From contig JALMLS010000232.1 of NCBI GenBank assembly GCA_038496445.1, forward strand, positions 1 through 64,000: a stretch of DNA of 64,000 bases, written 5' to 3'. A model generated the notes under the pieces. The model worked only from the letters and a program-made list of their open reading frames with translations, was not told the DNA's origin and did not search any database. This stretch comes from Trichosphaerium sp. ATCC 40318 (taxonomy: Eukaryota > Protista > Tubulinea). The translations under genes were made by a program, and so were the position numbers. Each line of letters starts with the position of its first letter. Position 1 is the first letter of the stretch. This document shows, one piece after another, positions 25,369 to 39,029 of this stretch.

Positions 25369-26317
25369 ATGCTTTCTTCATCAAAGCGAAAGTAAAATCG
25401 ACAGTACCACCAGTGCGACTTTCTTGCAGCTACCTACAGAGATATTAGCCCATATTTTGCGTCAAACGACTAAATCGCGATTTTCTGCTTGTCAAACATG
25501 TCATTTCCTCGCTTCTATCGTTCATGACATTACTGGATACCATGCTGTTACTATAAAAAAGTTAGCTCACGCAAAGTCAGTTTTAAAACATTCTGGGATT
25601 ATGAAATACACTGCCATCACCCTTAGTGGACATGATTTTGATGACAATATTATCAAACTTTTTGCTGGAGTTCACACGATTTACCTTCGCAGCGCTTCCG
25701 TAACAGATGAAGGTGTCAAAGCACTTGCTGGAGTTCATACGATCTGCCTTAGTTACAGTTCAGTAACTGATGAAGGTATTAAAGCACTTTGTGGAGTTAA
25801 CACGATTTCCCTTGATAGCACTTCAGTAACGGATGAAGGTGTCAAAGCACTTGCTGGAGTTCACAAAATCTACCTTGGTAACACTTCAGTAACTGATGAA
25901 GGTATTAAAGCACTAGCAGGAGTTCACACAATCTACCTTGATAGCACTTCAGTAACTGATGAAAGTATTAAAGAACTTTGTGGAGTTCACACGATTTCCC
26001 TTTGCAGCACTTCAGTAACGGATGAAGGTGTCAAAGCACTTGCTGGAGTTCATACGATCTGCCTTAGTTACAATTCAGTAACTGATGAAGGTGTTAAAGC
26101 GCTTGCTGGAGTTCATACGATCTACCTTAGTTACACTTTAGTAACAGATGAAGGTGTCAAAGCACTCGCCGGAGTTCATACTATCAGCATCCGTAACACT
26201 TGTGTGACTGATGAAGGCTTAACAGCGCTTGCAGGGGCATCCTATATTGTTGCCGAGAATAGTGGTGTAACGAGGGAGGGAGCTAAACTTTTAAAGGGAA
26301 CTAGAGTGACTATATAA
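25369..26317 (+). CDS. F-box + LRR protein (66-nt repeats); start apparently frameshifted, possible pseudogene
   Basis: FLQLPTEILAHIL F-box, then about nine LAGVHTIxLxxxSVTDEGVKA repeats. The nearest upstream ATG (25369, MLSSSKRK*) is out of frame with the F-box. Confidence 0.78.
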
Positions 26318-27424
26318 GGCAATCAAGTTCATTTAGTACAAACCATTGAGCCGACTTCATAAAGAAGGCTACTAGATTAAATAAAATACGGCCAACCATC
26401 TGTTGTGTATATTGTTTTTAGTTCTTAGTAGTTTGCACTGAAGAGACCGAATAAAATGCTTTTCAAGTTTATATAAAAAATGGCCTAGACCAGGAGGAGC
26501 GGTGGCCTAATTGCCTGATATGATGTATTTAGTATTCAAAACAAATATTAGTTAACAGCCATCTTTTTTCTCTTACTAGTACAGTCCTAATTTCGGTTAG
26601 CTTTGGTCATTTTCGTGCTAATTACATAATGTCTACGATGGCATGAATTGTTACACTTTTTGTAAACGGTGGACTGCTATTTTTTCCAAAATCTCATAGC
26701 AACTAAAGTAGTTTCTGCAATACCACTATTATGCCTCTAATAAAAAAACCGCTCTACATGTTGGTGTTAACAAGTAGTGTTTTTAGTTACGGTTTAAGGA
26801 CCAATTGGCGAAGTCGTCATCAATTGGGACAGGACACATAGTGTTGATTGATTGAGAAAAAGTAACTAAATCATAGATTAAACTTGCTTTCAAAGTGCTT
26901 GCTTTATTTCATTTCCGGTTTACATAATAGCCTATATTACCCGTGCTGTGCTGGAAGACTCCAGCTTCCTTCTCCACAATAAGTTGGTCTAAATCCAAGA
27001 AGTTTTCTCTACAGCCAGTTGTTACAATTGCTTGGTTTATAACCACTTCAAACATAGCCGCTCGTTCCATGTGCAGCAGCATACAGCTAGACTTTGTACC
27101 TCTACAACCACTAAAAGTAGGAATATAGAAACCTGCAGACAGTGAGTAAGCCTCATTGTTGTTGATTATGAAGTCACAGGGTACACGCTGACTTAAAATG
27201 GATCAAGTTATTACCAAAATCAGCTTCTACTAACATTCAACGAACAACCAAACAGTGACACTTTAGGTTGATTACCCTGCTACCAATTCACCTCACCAAC
27301 AAGCTATGTGTTTCCTTGGTATATAACTAGATGCTTTATTACGAGGTTTTACAGTTAATGTAATCAGACCGTTATAAGAAAGGAACTTAAGTATGTTTAT
27401 TGGTAATCCGAGTAATAAAACAAA

Positions 27425-30400
27425 TTACTTGCATGTGCTTAAGGGAGTTTGAACACCGCTAACAGAGAATGAGCTTTCAAGAATATTTGAAGGCGCTGAT
27501 ACCTATAATCACAATTAAGTAGTTGCTGAAATATTGATAACTTTTACGTACAGTCTGACCAGGTTGTTGTCCTCCAATGTAGACTTTAAATGAACCAGGA
27601 GAAATTACAAAGTCATATTGTTTAGTCCAAAGAGCCATTGTCCTCGCTTTGATTACACGTGTTACGCTTGAAGTTTGTCCTGCTTTTATATTTATACGAT
27701 CAAACGCTGCAAGTTGGATATTCGGATGCGGAATCATAGATTCCTGCCATTCAATGTACACCTTGAAAGAGTCGTAAGTATTTTTTGTAATTTTGTGAAA
27801 AAACGTTTGAATACCTGAACTACTTCGTCCGAGTCGACTTGTCCAGTATTTTTGACACTGAATGAAACAACCAAGTCTTCACATGGTTTGATACTCGATG
27901 AAGAAAGTTTCAAGGAGCTATAAGAGAATGTTGTATAGCTCAAGCCATAACCTTAAAAAATATCAGAAATCCACATACTTTTTTTTTTGTTTGCTCACCA
28001 AATGGATACATTACTGGTCCTTTGTAGTATCTATATGTTCTATTCGTCATTGTATAGTCTCCTATATCGGGTATAACATCCCAGGAAATTGGCCATGTTA
28101 CAGGCAGTCTACCAGCAGGGCTGACTTTACCGAATAACATGTTTGTTAAAGCTGTTCCAGTCGCCTTGGTGTTTGGTTACTATGTTTAATGTACTAGTAC
28201 TATGTACTTGAGCAGGGTAGAATGCCTCAACAATAGAATAGATACCATCGCTTTGTTTTGCATACGTTATATCCATTGGTGTGCACCCCAAAAGAACAAG
28301 GATGACAGGTTTGCCTATCAGATAAAGTAGATGTTAAGTTTCATTTTTATTTCTTTTTCAATGATGCTCACCTGCTTCGACAGCTGTTTGGATCATTTCC
28401 ATTTGTTTCCCTGGTAGAGAATACTGAGTTCTATCTCTTCCTTCCCTTTCTTGGGTTGTTGAAATACCCATAAATAAAATTGCTAAACCTTGTAAGCGAC
28501 TTTTAATACAATTTACTCACAAATATCGGATTTTTTCGCAGTGTCAGTTACACTTGCTTTGTCAAAGTTTGCACATTCTATATCAGAACACCCACTCGTA
28601 TAGAGTATGTTCAAGCTATTATTCTTCGCAAAACTGCTTATGCCTTCCCAAGGCGTTATCTGAATATTTGGTGTAGGTGAGTAATCGCCAAACATATCAG
28701 CTGAGTTGTTTGCCTTTTATCACATTGTCAGTCTAAGTAAAGATTATGTGTACGATTCAAAACGTACATGTGGTCCCATGACTGCAATGTTCTTATATCG
28801 AGTAGTGCTAAGTGGTAGAAAATTCTTGTTATTCTTTAGCAACACAAACCTACAGTAGAAATGAATGTAAGAAAAAACCAGGAAGTATTCGATCAGTACG
28901 TCTTTTCTGCGATTTCTACAGCCAAAGAGCGATGTGCAGGGGAATCAACTACATCTAGAGACAAGTTTTTGTATTTTACCATATCCACTACAATCAGTGA
29001 GATCAAGAAAAAACACAGTGAACCGAAAAAAAAATATATACTAACCTGGATCGAATTCTCCTAAACGCATTCTTGCGTAGAATAGCCTTGAAGTAGCATC
29101 ATCTATGAATTTAGTAAGAAAAATAGAATGTGTCAATAGGTACCGAGGACACTCTCTGAAACAAACTTATTATTCACTGCATCTGTTAATGCTGCAAAAA
29201 CATTTTCTTGGCTGTTTCCATCTTCCAAGCAACACCCTGCCTTCGCTATAATTGCAGCTCCCTGGGTGTAGCTATAGTTCTTAGCAATTACAATAAAAAG
29301 GCAAAGTACGTACTTGACCTTCAAAACACCGACAGTCTTCTCAAGTGCTTGTTGATCACTAACAACATAACCCTATTTGGTTGTGAAAAAAATAAAACAC
29401 AAAATATGTCTGCACGTGCCTCAAATCCCCACTGTTTACGTAACACAGTTGTAAGTGTATATTCATTAGCACAAGCTTAAGAATATGGTTACTTAGTGAT
29501 TGTTCACTAACAGAGAATAAACAAAGGGGAAAAAGCGAACCTGGTACACCATTTATAGTGCTATAGCTACACATCAAACTTAATGTTCCCGCTTCAACAC
29601 ATCGCTTAAACTGTGGCAAGAAGGTTTGGTGGATATCGTAGTCTAAACTGTGGCTTAGAATGAACATAGTTTTCTTCTAGGCTGTAGAAGCTCGTACCAC
29701 TGACGTTTGATACTGGACCATCATTCGCTATAACATTGTAAGTGGTTGTTACTGTCGAAAGAAACGCACATGGTCCGCCAAACGCTGTGTAGTGCTTGCA
29801 CCCTGCTACTGCTTCAACGTATCTCTTATCATCTAACACGTTGTTAGATACTCTAACAAGTACGTTCTTACCTCCTTGAAGCCCAGTAACATATTGATAA
29901 GCTAACTCGCCAGAAAGGTATGGATCTTCCTAGATAAAGAACATTGGTTGTTGGTATTCAGAAATCATGAGATGATTACCCCGTATGTTTCCTGACCTGG
30001 AACATTAGTTAACCAAAGGTTGTCTGATGAAACGTACTTCTTCCCCATCTGGGATCGCGTAGGATATTGATGACAGGCGACCAACATGACAATCCTACAA
30101 ATGGTTTAAAAAAAAGTACTGTGTTCTTGTTTTTTGCCTGTATGAAAGCCATAATTGTTATGCTTTTCGTAATCATTATTTTTTGCCCGTACTTCATCTG
30201 AAATAGCTCTAGCCATGTTGTATATAACCGAACGCGAAAACGACGCTGACAGACCTAATCCCTATTGATAAAAAGGCAATGTAAGCAAAAAAATAAAAAT
30301 AATGTTATATGTGGCACGTGCCTGAGCGAAAGCTGTCACTCCTGTTTGTACATCCCCACGAAGGCATTCAGTACCCCACTGATAAGGTTTTATACCCAAA

Positions 30401-30668
30401 CGAGAGATGGCAGGCGCAGGACCATTGTTTTGGGCACCACCATGGCTCATCTGTGGTAAATTAGTGATACAAGGTACATACAAGCACCCCTATCTTTTAG
30501 CTGCGAAAAGTTTTTTTGACGTACTTGGGCTACCTTTTCTTCTAATGTCAGTCTACCTACCAAGTCCTTTACGCGCGTTTTCCATGGTAAGGTAGGGTTT
30601 CTGAAAGGGTAGTCGTAAGCAACCACGACAACACAGAGTAGTGCTGTAATAACACCAAGCTTTAACAT
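27425..30668 (-). CDS. Secreted GH3 beta-xylosidase/beta-glucosidase with Fn3-like C-terminus
   Basis: Signal peptide, RDPRWGRSQETYGEDP, CKHY, LMCSY, WGFEGYVVSD (nucleophile), PAGRLPVTW, SDEVVQVY. Confidence 0.93.
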
Positions 30669-30982
30669 CGTGTCTTTGGCTGTAGAAATATAGTAAATGT
30701 GCACGTGTTTCCAAAAAAAATAAAACAACCTCTGAACACTTGAGCAGGCTATCTTTAATTTTTGCCACTAGATATTCTATGAACATAAGGAAGTTTACTG
30801 AAGACATCTTAACTTGCCGCATACGTCTGATTGCAACAATACACCACTATTTGCTTGTGGAAGCTACCATACTTAGATTTTGTACATAGCGCCATTAAGC
30901 GCCTGGCTTTGCTTTGCTGAACTGAGAACCAAAAACCAAAAACCGCATTTGGCTTAAAGGTTAGTTTTAAAACCTTATAACC

Positions 30983-31744
30983 ATGGAAGCAACATTTGAA
31001 AGTATGCCGACTGAAGTCACTGTAATTATACTCAAGTGTCTAAGTGATCGAAATAGATGTAATTCAGCACAAGTGAATACAATCTTTAGAGATATTATAC
31101 ATCATCACGTGGGCTACAAACAAGTAACAATAAATTCTCTATCCTCCGCTCAAGCATTAGCAAAACATCCCCTTCTTCTTCAGAATGCACTTGTTTATTG
31201 TGATAGCCCCACAGACAATATCTTGGAGGCACTAGAAGGCATAAAGTATTTTAAAGGAGGGTTTACTAAAGTGCCTTACTCGAATCTGTCTACATCAACC
31301 TCAATATATTATCTTCTACCAAGAAGGGAGGGTTTTCACGGCCAAGTTACAGACAAAGGAGTATCATATCTTGCTGGAGCGCACACAATCAACTTATGTG
31401 GGTGTGTAAACATCACAGATGAAGGCATTAAACACCTTAAAGGAGCTCACACTATTAATCTTGGCAATTGTCATGATGTAACCGATGAAGGCATAGCTAT
31501 GTTGGCAGGTGTACATGATATCAACCTTTCATTCTGTTCTAAAATAACTGATAAAGGGATTAAAGCTCTTAAAGGCGCACATACAATAAATCTAATGAAT
31601 TGTAGAAACATAACAGCTGAAGGTGTTATTGCATTACGTGGTGCAGATACTATTGATTTAAGGCATTGTACCTCAATTACTCGTAGTGTCTGTAAAGAGC
31701 TAAGAAAGAGCAATGCAATAAAAAATATTGTAAGCTACTATTAA
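30983..31744 (+). CDS. F-box + cysteine-containing LRR protein, intronless
   Basis: FESMPTEVTVIILKCL F-box and LxGAHTINLxxCxNITDEGI repeats. Confidence 0.85.
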   Translation: MEATFESMPTEVTVIILKCLSDRNRCNSAQVNTIFRDIIHHHVGYKQVTINSLSSAQALAKHPLLLQNALVYCDSPTDNILEALEGIKYFKGGFTKVPYSNLSTSTSIYYLLPRREGFHGQVTDKGVSYLAGAHTINLCGCVNITDEGIKHLKGAHTINLGNCHDVTDEGIAMLAGVHDINLSFCSKITDKGIKALKGAHTINLMNCRNITAEGVIALRGADTIDLRHCTSITRSVCKELRKSNAIKNIVSYY

Positions 31745-32090
31745 AAGTGTGAAGCGCTTCGTGTCCACAATAAAAGTTGATTTCACCAGCCGCATTAATC
31801 ACACCGATTTTCTTGAATCGCGTTTCAGTTTTATCAATCAATCATTGTCACGTGCACAAAAGGACAAATCTCTATTAGTATTGTGTTTGGCTGTTTACTA
31901 ATTGGTACCAAACCAATAGTGTATCCACTGAATTCGCACTAGTACTCCCCGCGATAAAACACGCTTGGTTTGCATCATACCCACACCATTCGCTGAAAAC
32001 CTTTACACTCAACGCACTGATGCGCAAATGATTATCGGTTTGGATAATGCAATGTACACATCTTATTTGTAAATACTGTTTGTTGTTTTA

Positions 32091-35000
32091 TTACGTTTGA
32101 CATGCTGTCCAGTATAATAACCAAGACTTACTCAAGCCCTATTGTATTTATGAGAAAAAAAAACGACATACAAAAAATTGAGAAATAAAGACAACGTACT
32201 GTATCCATGAGTGTACTGTTCTGTTGTAAAGCAAGATTCCATGCCTGTTCTTTATCAGTGATTGCAAGGCCTGCAATATAAAAGCCCTGGAATGATTGAC
32301 TTCCAGGCTCAGAGAAGTTTTGAGCTCCAAAAACATTAAGTTCATACTGAAGCCATTGCTTCTGTAGGTACGCAAAAGAGACGCCTAAAACATTTTATTT
32401 ACGTCTTAAAGAATAGTTCATTACCTGTGATTGGTATGTATTGTATTCCATGAACATAAGCAGGTGCAATACCGAAATAAGTTGAATACTTGGCCTTCAA
32501 AAAAAAGATTTTAGAGGCTTTCTATGTGAAGACATTTGTACCGCTGCAGCTGTTTTTTGCCCAAGTATCGTAAGCGATTCAAAAGCTTGTGGATAAATAT
32601 CGTTCTGACCAGGTATCACATGGTAGTACCTATGATGACATAAAAAACCAAGAAAGGATAAGAAAAATGAGCAGCAAATACATGTTAGTTGCGTATGCTT
32701 CCATAGCTAATAGCACAGAGCCAACCTCCTCCACGTGTGCATCACCCAATGCGTTGCCTAATACATGTTTAGTAAATAAAGTCACTCTCAAGAATGGTAT
32801 CTTGCGCACCCAGGCGGTTAATAGCATAGTAACTGTTGATAGCCTCAGAAGAAGATTCTTGTCCCTTTTACATAAATTATTGTCGACAGTTGTAAACACT
32901 AGTCTTACTTGTCCATCTCCAGTTGCCACGAGACCATGTGCATTCGAAAGCCACAACCACCAATCTTTGCTTCTAAATGGTGTAAAGTATGGATCTGAAC
33001 TAGCTAGATGAAAAAACAGCTGAGCAACACAAGAAATAATAAACTAAAAAAACGTACAAGGATTTGCGAAGTCGCGCATGAGGGCATATAAATAACTCTT
33101 CACTTTAGGATTAGATGATACCCATTGGCTCTGTTTCTCAAGAATAGAAGCAGCGTATATCCAGTAACCATAATGAAAGTGATGATCAGAATAGATGCCA
33201 TTACCGAAATCACCCAAAATCTAAACAAACTCGATTAAAAAAAAACTGTTTGTCGTGTTGCTTTCGTACTCCATTAGACCAAGGGCAACTACAATGATTT
33301 ATTAACACAGAAATACATTGAATTTTGAGATTCGTACCCAGGTAACTGCCATCCGTTATAGCTCATAATACCGCCGTATTGTGTATCATAAACAAGAGGA
33401 TTAAATCCATCTTGCATTGGTTCTGACATTTTTTCGTTGATAGAAGCTTGAACTTTAGATCTTAGTTGTTCTGCATACTGAGACAATCCTAGCTCTTCGC
33501 TTATCAATGCTAGTTGAGCACCATAACTTAATGTTTTTCCGTAATAATACGGATTCGAATAGTTAGAGTTTTGAATAGCAAAGTAAGTGACATCCGGTCT
33601 AAATATAATTAACAACTCTGTTAATTCAGTGAAACCGTACTTCAACTGAGACTTTATCTGGTCTTTTTGTGAACCGTTAGCCTTCCTATAATTTGTATCA
33701 ATAAGAGTAAGTCATGGAGCAAATGCTCTTCATTGCAAGGTAATGACATAGTTCACAAAAAACAAAATGATGTATCGTACGATAAGTCTAGGCTGCCAAA
33801 CCAAGATACATCAAGCGCTGTGATAGTCATTGTCCACTTTTTACCAACAACTCCTTTCATGGTGCCCAAATAACCTATCAGTAATAATAGTAAGCAACAA
33901 ACTAGACGAACTACACTAGATATTACCATCTTGTATACTAACTTGATTATCGTAGTCAGGATTACTTAATGAACTAATATGATGTTTTCCAGCCATATGG
34001 ATGAATGGGCCATCGCCCACCGTGTCCCAACTAAACGTATAAGAAAAAATAGAGAAAGAGTATTGACATACTTGTAGATTATATTAATGTTATCGCCGTC
34101 CACGTCAACGTCTAAGCCACCGCTTACAGGATAAGTATCCTTATAGTAAGCAAGGCGGTCATTTAAGCCTTGAGCTGCACGAACGACGAGCTGTTCTCCA
34201 GGAGCTACTTGAGCAAAACATCCTGCTGGTTTGTATGTTCCAGGAAGACAAGTCCATTTAACTGGTTTCGTTGTATAGAATACCCAATCTTTTACAAGTA
34301 AAGAACTTTTTTCTCTAGTGATATGTAGAGCATCAGTTACAATTGTATAATTCGCTGAAGGCGGATAAGATGTCCCATTAACTATAAATTGTGAGTACTC
34401 CCGGCGATAATACACTTGGTTTGCATTGGTAAATCATGTCAGAGCATATAGTACAAAGGAACCTACTGGTTCCTTTCTTTTTACACAGAAACCACTGTAT
34501 TTACCTGACGTTATTGGAGCATTTCCTGGGTTGGGTGCATCACTAATTACGTTTGGGATTAAGCAATCAATACCATTGTACACCTACTATAACGTATTAC
34601 TATCAGCAGTGAATAAGGTTGTCTACCATCGTTACAAAAGGTGATCCTCTCACTACAAAAAACTGTTAAAACTGTAGTAGTAATTGCTTCTATGTACCTA
34701 TCGGAGCCTCCATGTATGAGTCTTGGCTCAACTACAGATTGATGGTAGTAAGAATACGAGCGTAATATTAATAATAAACATGGAAAACCTACCTCCCATC
34801 GCATTGTCATGGATAAGTGATCATAAGACATTACTTTTCTGCTTATCGCTGTGGTCGGCCAAGTGCCGAGGCTTGCTGTTTGTTGAAAGCTCACTACAGA
34901 CCACGTGGTATCGTCATGGTAATACCACGAGCTTAAATAATCCTTACTCACTTGAGTTCTATCAGCAACCTTCAAACCAGAAAGTTAAAACCGCTACAGA

Positions 35001-35565
35001 GCGAAAGATAAAGAAACAAGAAAAAAAATAAACTCAAGAGTTGTGTACAATGTAATCCATAAACATGCCAAAAGTGTTATCGAAATGTAAATAATAAGGT
35101 GACTGGTAAGTAGGAGATAAGCGCCCGTAAGTTTGTCCTGGTTTAGGAAAAGTACAATCATCGTTTGAAGGACCTAAAAGAAGTTACAAAACGTCAAATG
35201 TATTACGAAATTTCTCATACCTTTAACAGGCTCTCCTAAACTTGACAGAGACCACCACGACGTAGTAGGATATGGTCCCGGAGGTCCCCAGTAATCTACA
35301 TACTTTTTTAACAAAGGAAGCCTATAAACACTATAAAAGAGCACCGTACCTTCAACAAACGCTACTTTTTCTTGTTTTACCGTCTCAAAAAGACCTTGAG
35401 GATTTTCGGTGGATAAAGGAGAGAAGAACGAGGATTTTGCTTCCACACGTGATACTAAGTACGTAAATCACGTGTCAAAAATTATATGAGGCTTCTTTTA
35501 TGTAAACAACCTTGTATTGACGAAAGAAGCACTAAAACAAACGTCACGACCAAGTTAGTGCGCAT
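32091..35565 (-). CDS. Secreted GH81 endo-1,3-beta-glucanase
   Basis: Signal peptide MRTNLVVTFVLVLLSS, PYPTTSWW, YYYGK, DFGNGIYSDHHFHYGYWIYAA, catalytic GQESSSEAIN, C-terminal GLSKSWLLYW. Confidence 0.92.
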
Positions 35566-35806
35566 GGCGAAGAGTTTTCCTTGTGACTGTTTTTAATTGG
35601 CTCTAGGAGTGAGCTAAAGATCGATTTTAAGTAGCTTACTTTGCAAGACTTGGACAATACGCGCATTCACTTGGCTACAAACAGGCTGTGGTCCATTTCT
35701 TGCACTAGACGGTGAACTTGCGCTTATAAAATCATACATAGGTCCATACGGTAACGTTACATTAAAATTGTAATAATAAGGTTAACGAATATAGCCAATA
35801 GAACTA

Positions 35807-36143
35807 ATGTCGCTTTGGAAGAGGTTTAAGCCAACATTTAAAGGCGGCCAAACATCGGACGATGTAATTTCTGCTCCTTTTGACGTTGAACATAACGAAC
35901 ACGTTGAGTACAGCAAAGAAGATGGATATACCGTGAGTACCTTTTGGTTATCTTGATTATAAAATTTATTACTGATGATTTAGGGTATACCGGCTGAGTG
36001 GCTCGCTAAACTTAATGCTCCTGGCGTTGTTATTGCATGCTATGATGAAGGTACACCAACTATACGAAAGATTTATGAGTCATCTCTAACAAATGGGATG
36101 ACTAATCTTTTTGTTAGAACCAAACGAAATGTCTTGTTTTTAA
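35807..36143 (+). CDS. Small CRIB/PBD-only protein (Rac/Cdc42 effector-like), 3 exons
   Basis: MSLWKRFKP..VISAPFDVEHNEHVEY..YTGIPAEW fits ISxPxxxxHxxHV plus GxPxEW. Confidence 0.72.
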
Positions 36144-36761
36144 GTACTGCTCTGATTGTTCATTAAAAACATCACGGAAAAACCTACAATTACTAAAGGA
36201 ATAAATAAAACAGTCATTCCCCTATGAACATAACTTAGAGCACTATATTCAATACTGTATGTATGAACAAACCTTACAATGTTATTGGTAGAATACATAC
36301 GAGTTAAGAAAAAATTAAGACGCAACAACGATCAACTTCAAATCTCGTGTTGTGAAAAATTACAGAAAAAAATAAGAATCATCGTAATATTTATGTCAAA
36401 ATCTTACAATGAACAATTTCTGCCTTGCTAAAACATATTAGCCCTCATCTCTTGTACGCAAGACTTTTTGATGCAAACATACAGTGTTTACAAATCGAGT
36501 GTTGAAACGGCAACCAAAGAACTCTACATTAAACTATCTACTCCAAAATAAATTTGTATTGAATACCAAGTCTGCTTGATTGATGGTATAAGCTGTTACA
36601 TTGGAGCCTTAATTTACATTATTTGGCATGTTGCCTAGGCAATAAAGCACTTTTGAGAATACCGACATCTTGGTGCACGCGACTTCCTTTGTGTAGTTAA
36701 GTCGTTTCCCCAAAATTTGCTTATTAAACTAATTTCTTAAACCAGTGACAACGAAAGCACT

Positions 36762-37403
36762 ATGATTATAACAGTTAGAAGGCGTAGACGCTACGTGGGC
36801 TTTGGAACATTGTTGTCTGTACGTAAACTCATCAATAATTGTAGTGTAACGCTCTCTACGCCTTTAAAGACCATAACGTCGTTCTTATATGTAATTAGAG
36901 TAGTTTTAACGCTAACACACTTAAAAGGGATGTATCTGCTTTGGAGTTAGTTGGATATGGTTTGGTGATAAAAACTCGTATGTGGTAGCTTGCACAGAAC
37001 TCGTAAAACTCAACACTAATTTTACAAAAGGATGTACATTTTTTTTCTTCTGATGGGCTCAGGTACGATTATTCTACATCTACTACGAACCTTTTAGATA
37101 TTTATTCGAATACCAGGTCTTGTTTTTATTCTTGCTGGTATTTCACAAATAATATGGATGTACAGAAATACTGGTAGTGGCAATGGCGTAACAGTAGTAA
37201 CACATCACCCAACTGTACGTATTTAAACAATATTTAAACAGCGTAATAAGGTTAACGACTAAAACCATACAGCACCAAGGATACAACGCAGTAGGCACCG
37301 GAGCATACTACCAATCAGGACCAATGCAACACGGCGGGTACCAACAACAGCAAGCTCCTCCCCCAGGAGCGTATGCTCAACAAGCAGTGGTTTATAGAAC
37401 CTA
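36762..37403 (+). CDS. Small membrane protein with Gln/Pro/Tyr-rich tail
   Basis: Hydrophobic exons and last exon HQGYNAVGTGAYYQSGPMQHGGYQQQQAPPPGAY. Internal exon phases were not fully resolved. Confidence 0.5.
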
Positions 37404-37603
37404 GCAACGTAACGGTTGAACTTAAAGATTAGCAAACAAAGTAATGCTCTTTGTTTTAACGTGGACGACAGTAATCTGTCATTTCGTTTTAATAAATAAC
37501 GTATGTACAAGTTTTGTCTATATCTCTCAAAGAGTTCTATTACATCATAGTAGAACGTAATGTGTCAAGTCCACGCATCTCCCATTTTGCTTTATCAACA
37601 TCT

Positions 37604-38437
37604 TTAAACGAAAGTGTTAGAGTACTGTGCTATGTCGAGAAAAATAACATGTCGTAAAATCACGTTTTGTGGATAAACGTACTGTTACTTTTTCGCGGTG
37701 TAGCAATTTCACCTTGACCTTCTTCTGAAGAATCACTTTTGCTCCTTGAAACATCAACACAGTAACATAGTAGTATAACAACAGCTATAAACGACAATGA
37801 AGCACATCTGGAAGAAAATGTCAACAAAAAAAGTACACATTTTTACTGTTTTCTTACCCTAGAGTTCCTATTTTTAATAACAATAGCCACCATTCGCTTA
37901 GATATATTATTTTACGCCTGCCTAAATACTTTTGCGTACTTTTTGTCTATCGTGTCGAGTTTTTCAAGAGGTTCTTCTTTTGTAAACGTCAGATACGATA
38001 GGAATACCAGTACAGCTGCTGATAGAATGTACACATGCAAATACTACACGTTATTTACCAAAATGACGAATTGCGCTTTAATTTCTTAAAGCGATTTACA
38101 TACCACCATTAGAAGTACTCTAGCGACTACAGTATGACGCTTATAAAAGAACGGCAGCGAGAATTTTAGTTGAAGAAGCGCTAGCAGTAATGGCGCAAAG
38201 AATGGTAAAGCGAACCACCCAACTATATTAGAGGTGGTTTGGAACGCTATTAAGGCAATTAGATCAATAACCTAAGAAATAACTGCAAAAATATTGCAAC
38301 AGAACGTTTGCAACGTGTGAACTGCATCTATAAGCTAGCTAGGTACCTCTATACAAACCAACAAGACCAACACCACAAGAAGCAACATAACACAGCAGAA
38401 ATACCCCTAATACGGAAAGCCAGCCACAACCTTTCAT
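37604..38437 (-). CDS. Hypothetical multi-pass membrane protein
   Basis: MKGCGWLSVLGVFLLCYVASCGVGLVGLY followed by several hydrophobic exons with GT-AG introns. Confidence 0.55.
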
Positions 38438-38577
38438 GTGGAGTGTAAAATCGTTCACAAAAACTAGGAATTTGCCTCAATTTAGTCAACTTGACTTAAA
38501 TTTATCTCAAAACAGTTTTTTGTGGCCTGCGTCACCAAAAGAAGGCAACTTTCTCAATTATGGCATCGTATATTTAA

Positions 38578-38809
38578 GGATTTGACCTGAAATAACGCTA
38601 TTTTGTGGTAGCAAAAAGTCAGATTGTTCGAGAACGTTCGTGAACATAGGTAGCCTTAGGCAACTCTGCAAGCTATACTATTAGTGTATCCTTATGCAGC
38701 ACTTTACGTGAGCATAAGTGCAGAAAGTCACGTGTGCTACAAAGCGGGAGTGGCCTTTTAAAAGTAGGCTTAGTGTTAAAATAAAATAGCGCTATTTCAG
38801 GTCAAATCG
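38578..38809. mobile_element. MITE, second copy, opposite orientation to 23439
   Basis: Same TIRs. The internal sequence is the diverged reverse complement of the 23439 copy. Flanks are TAA and TAG. Confidence 0.88.
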
Positions 38810-39029
38810 TAGTTATTCACAATGAGGAATCACAGGTTTTGTAGAACGAGTATAGAACTTCTTCTTCTGACACTCTGAGATGATTAAGGTCCATTTCTAA
38901 CCCTTCCTTACAGTTACATTGTAGTTGAGATACAACAAGCTTTCAACAATACGAGATTTGTCATGAAGGTATATTCAAAATGCGTGTACCTTTGTTGGTT
39001 TTTTACAATACACGTGATGTTCATAGCAC

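Noticed and set aside
26900-27150. Open minus-strand stretch between the LRR and GH3 genes
   Set aside because: No clear start, splice partner or motif, so a gene call cannot be supported.
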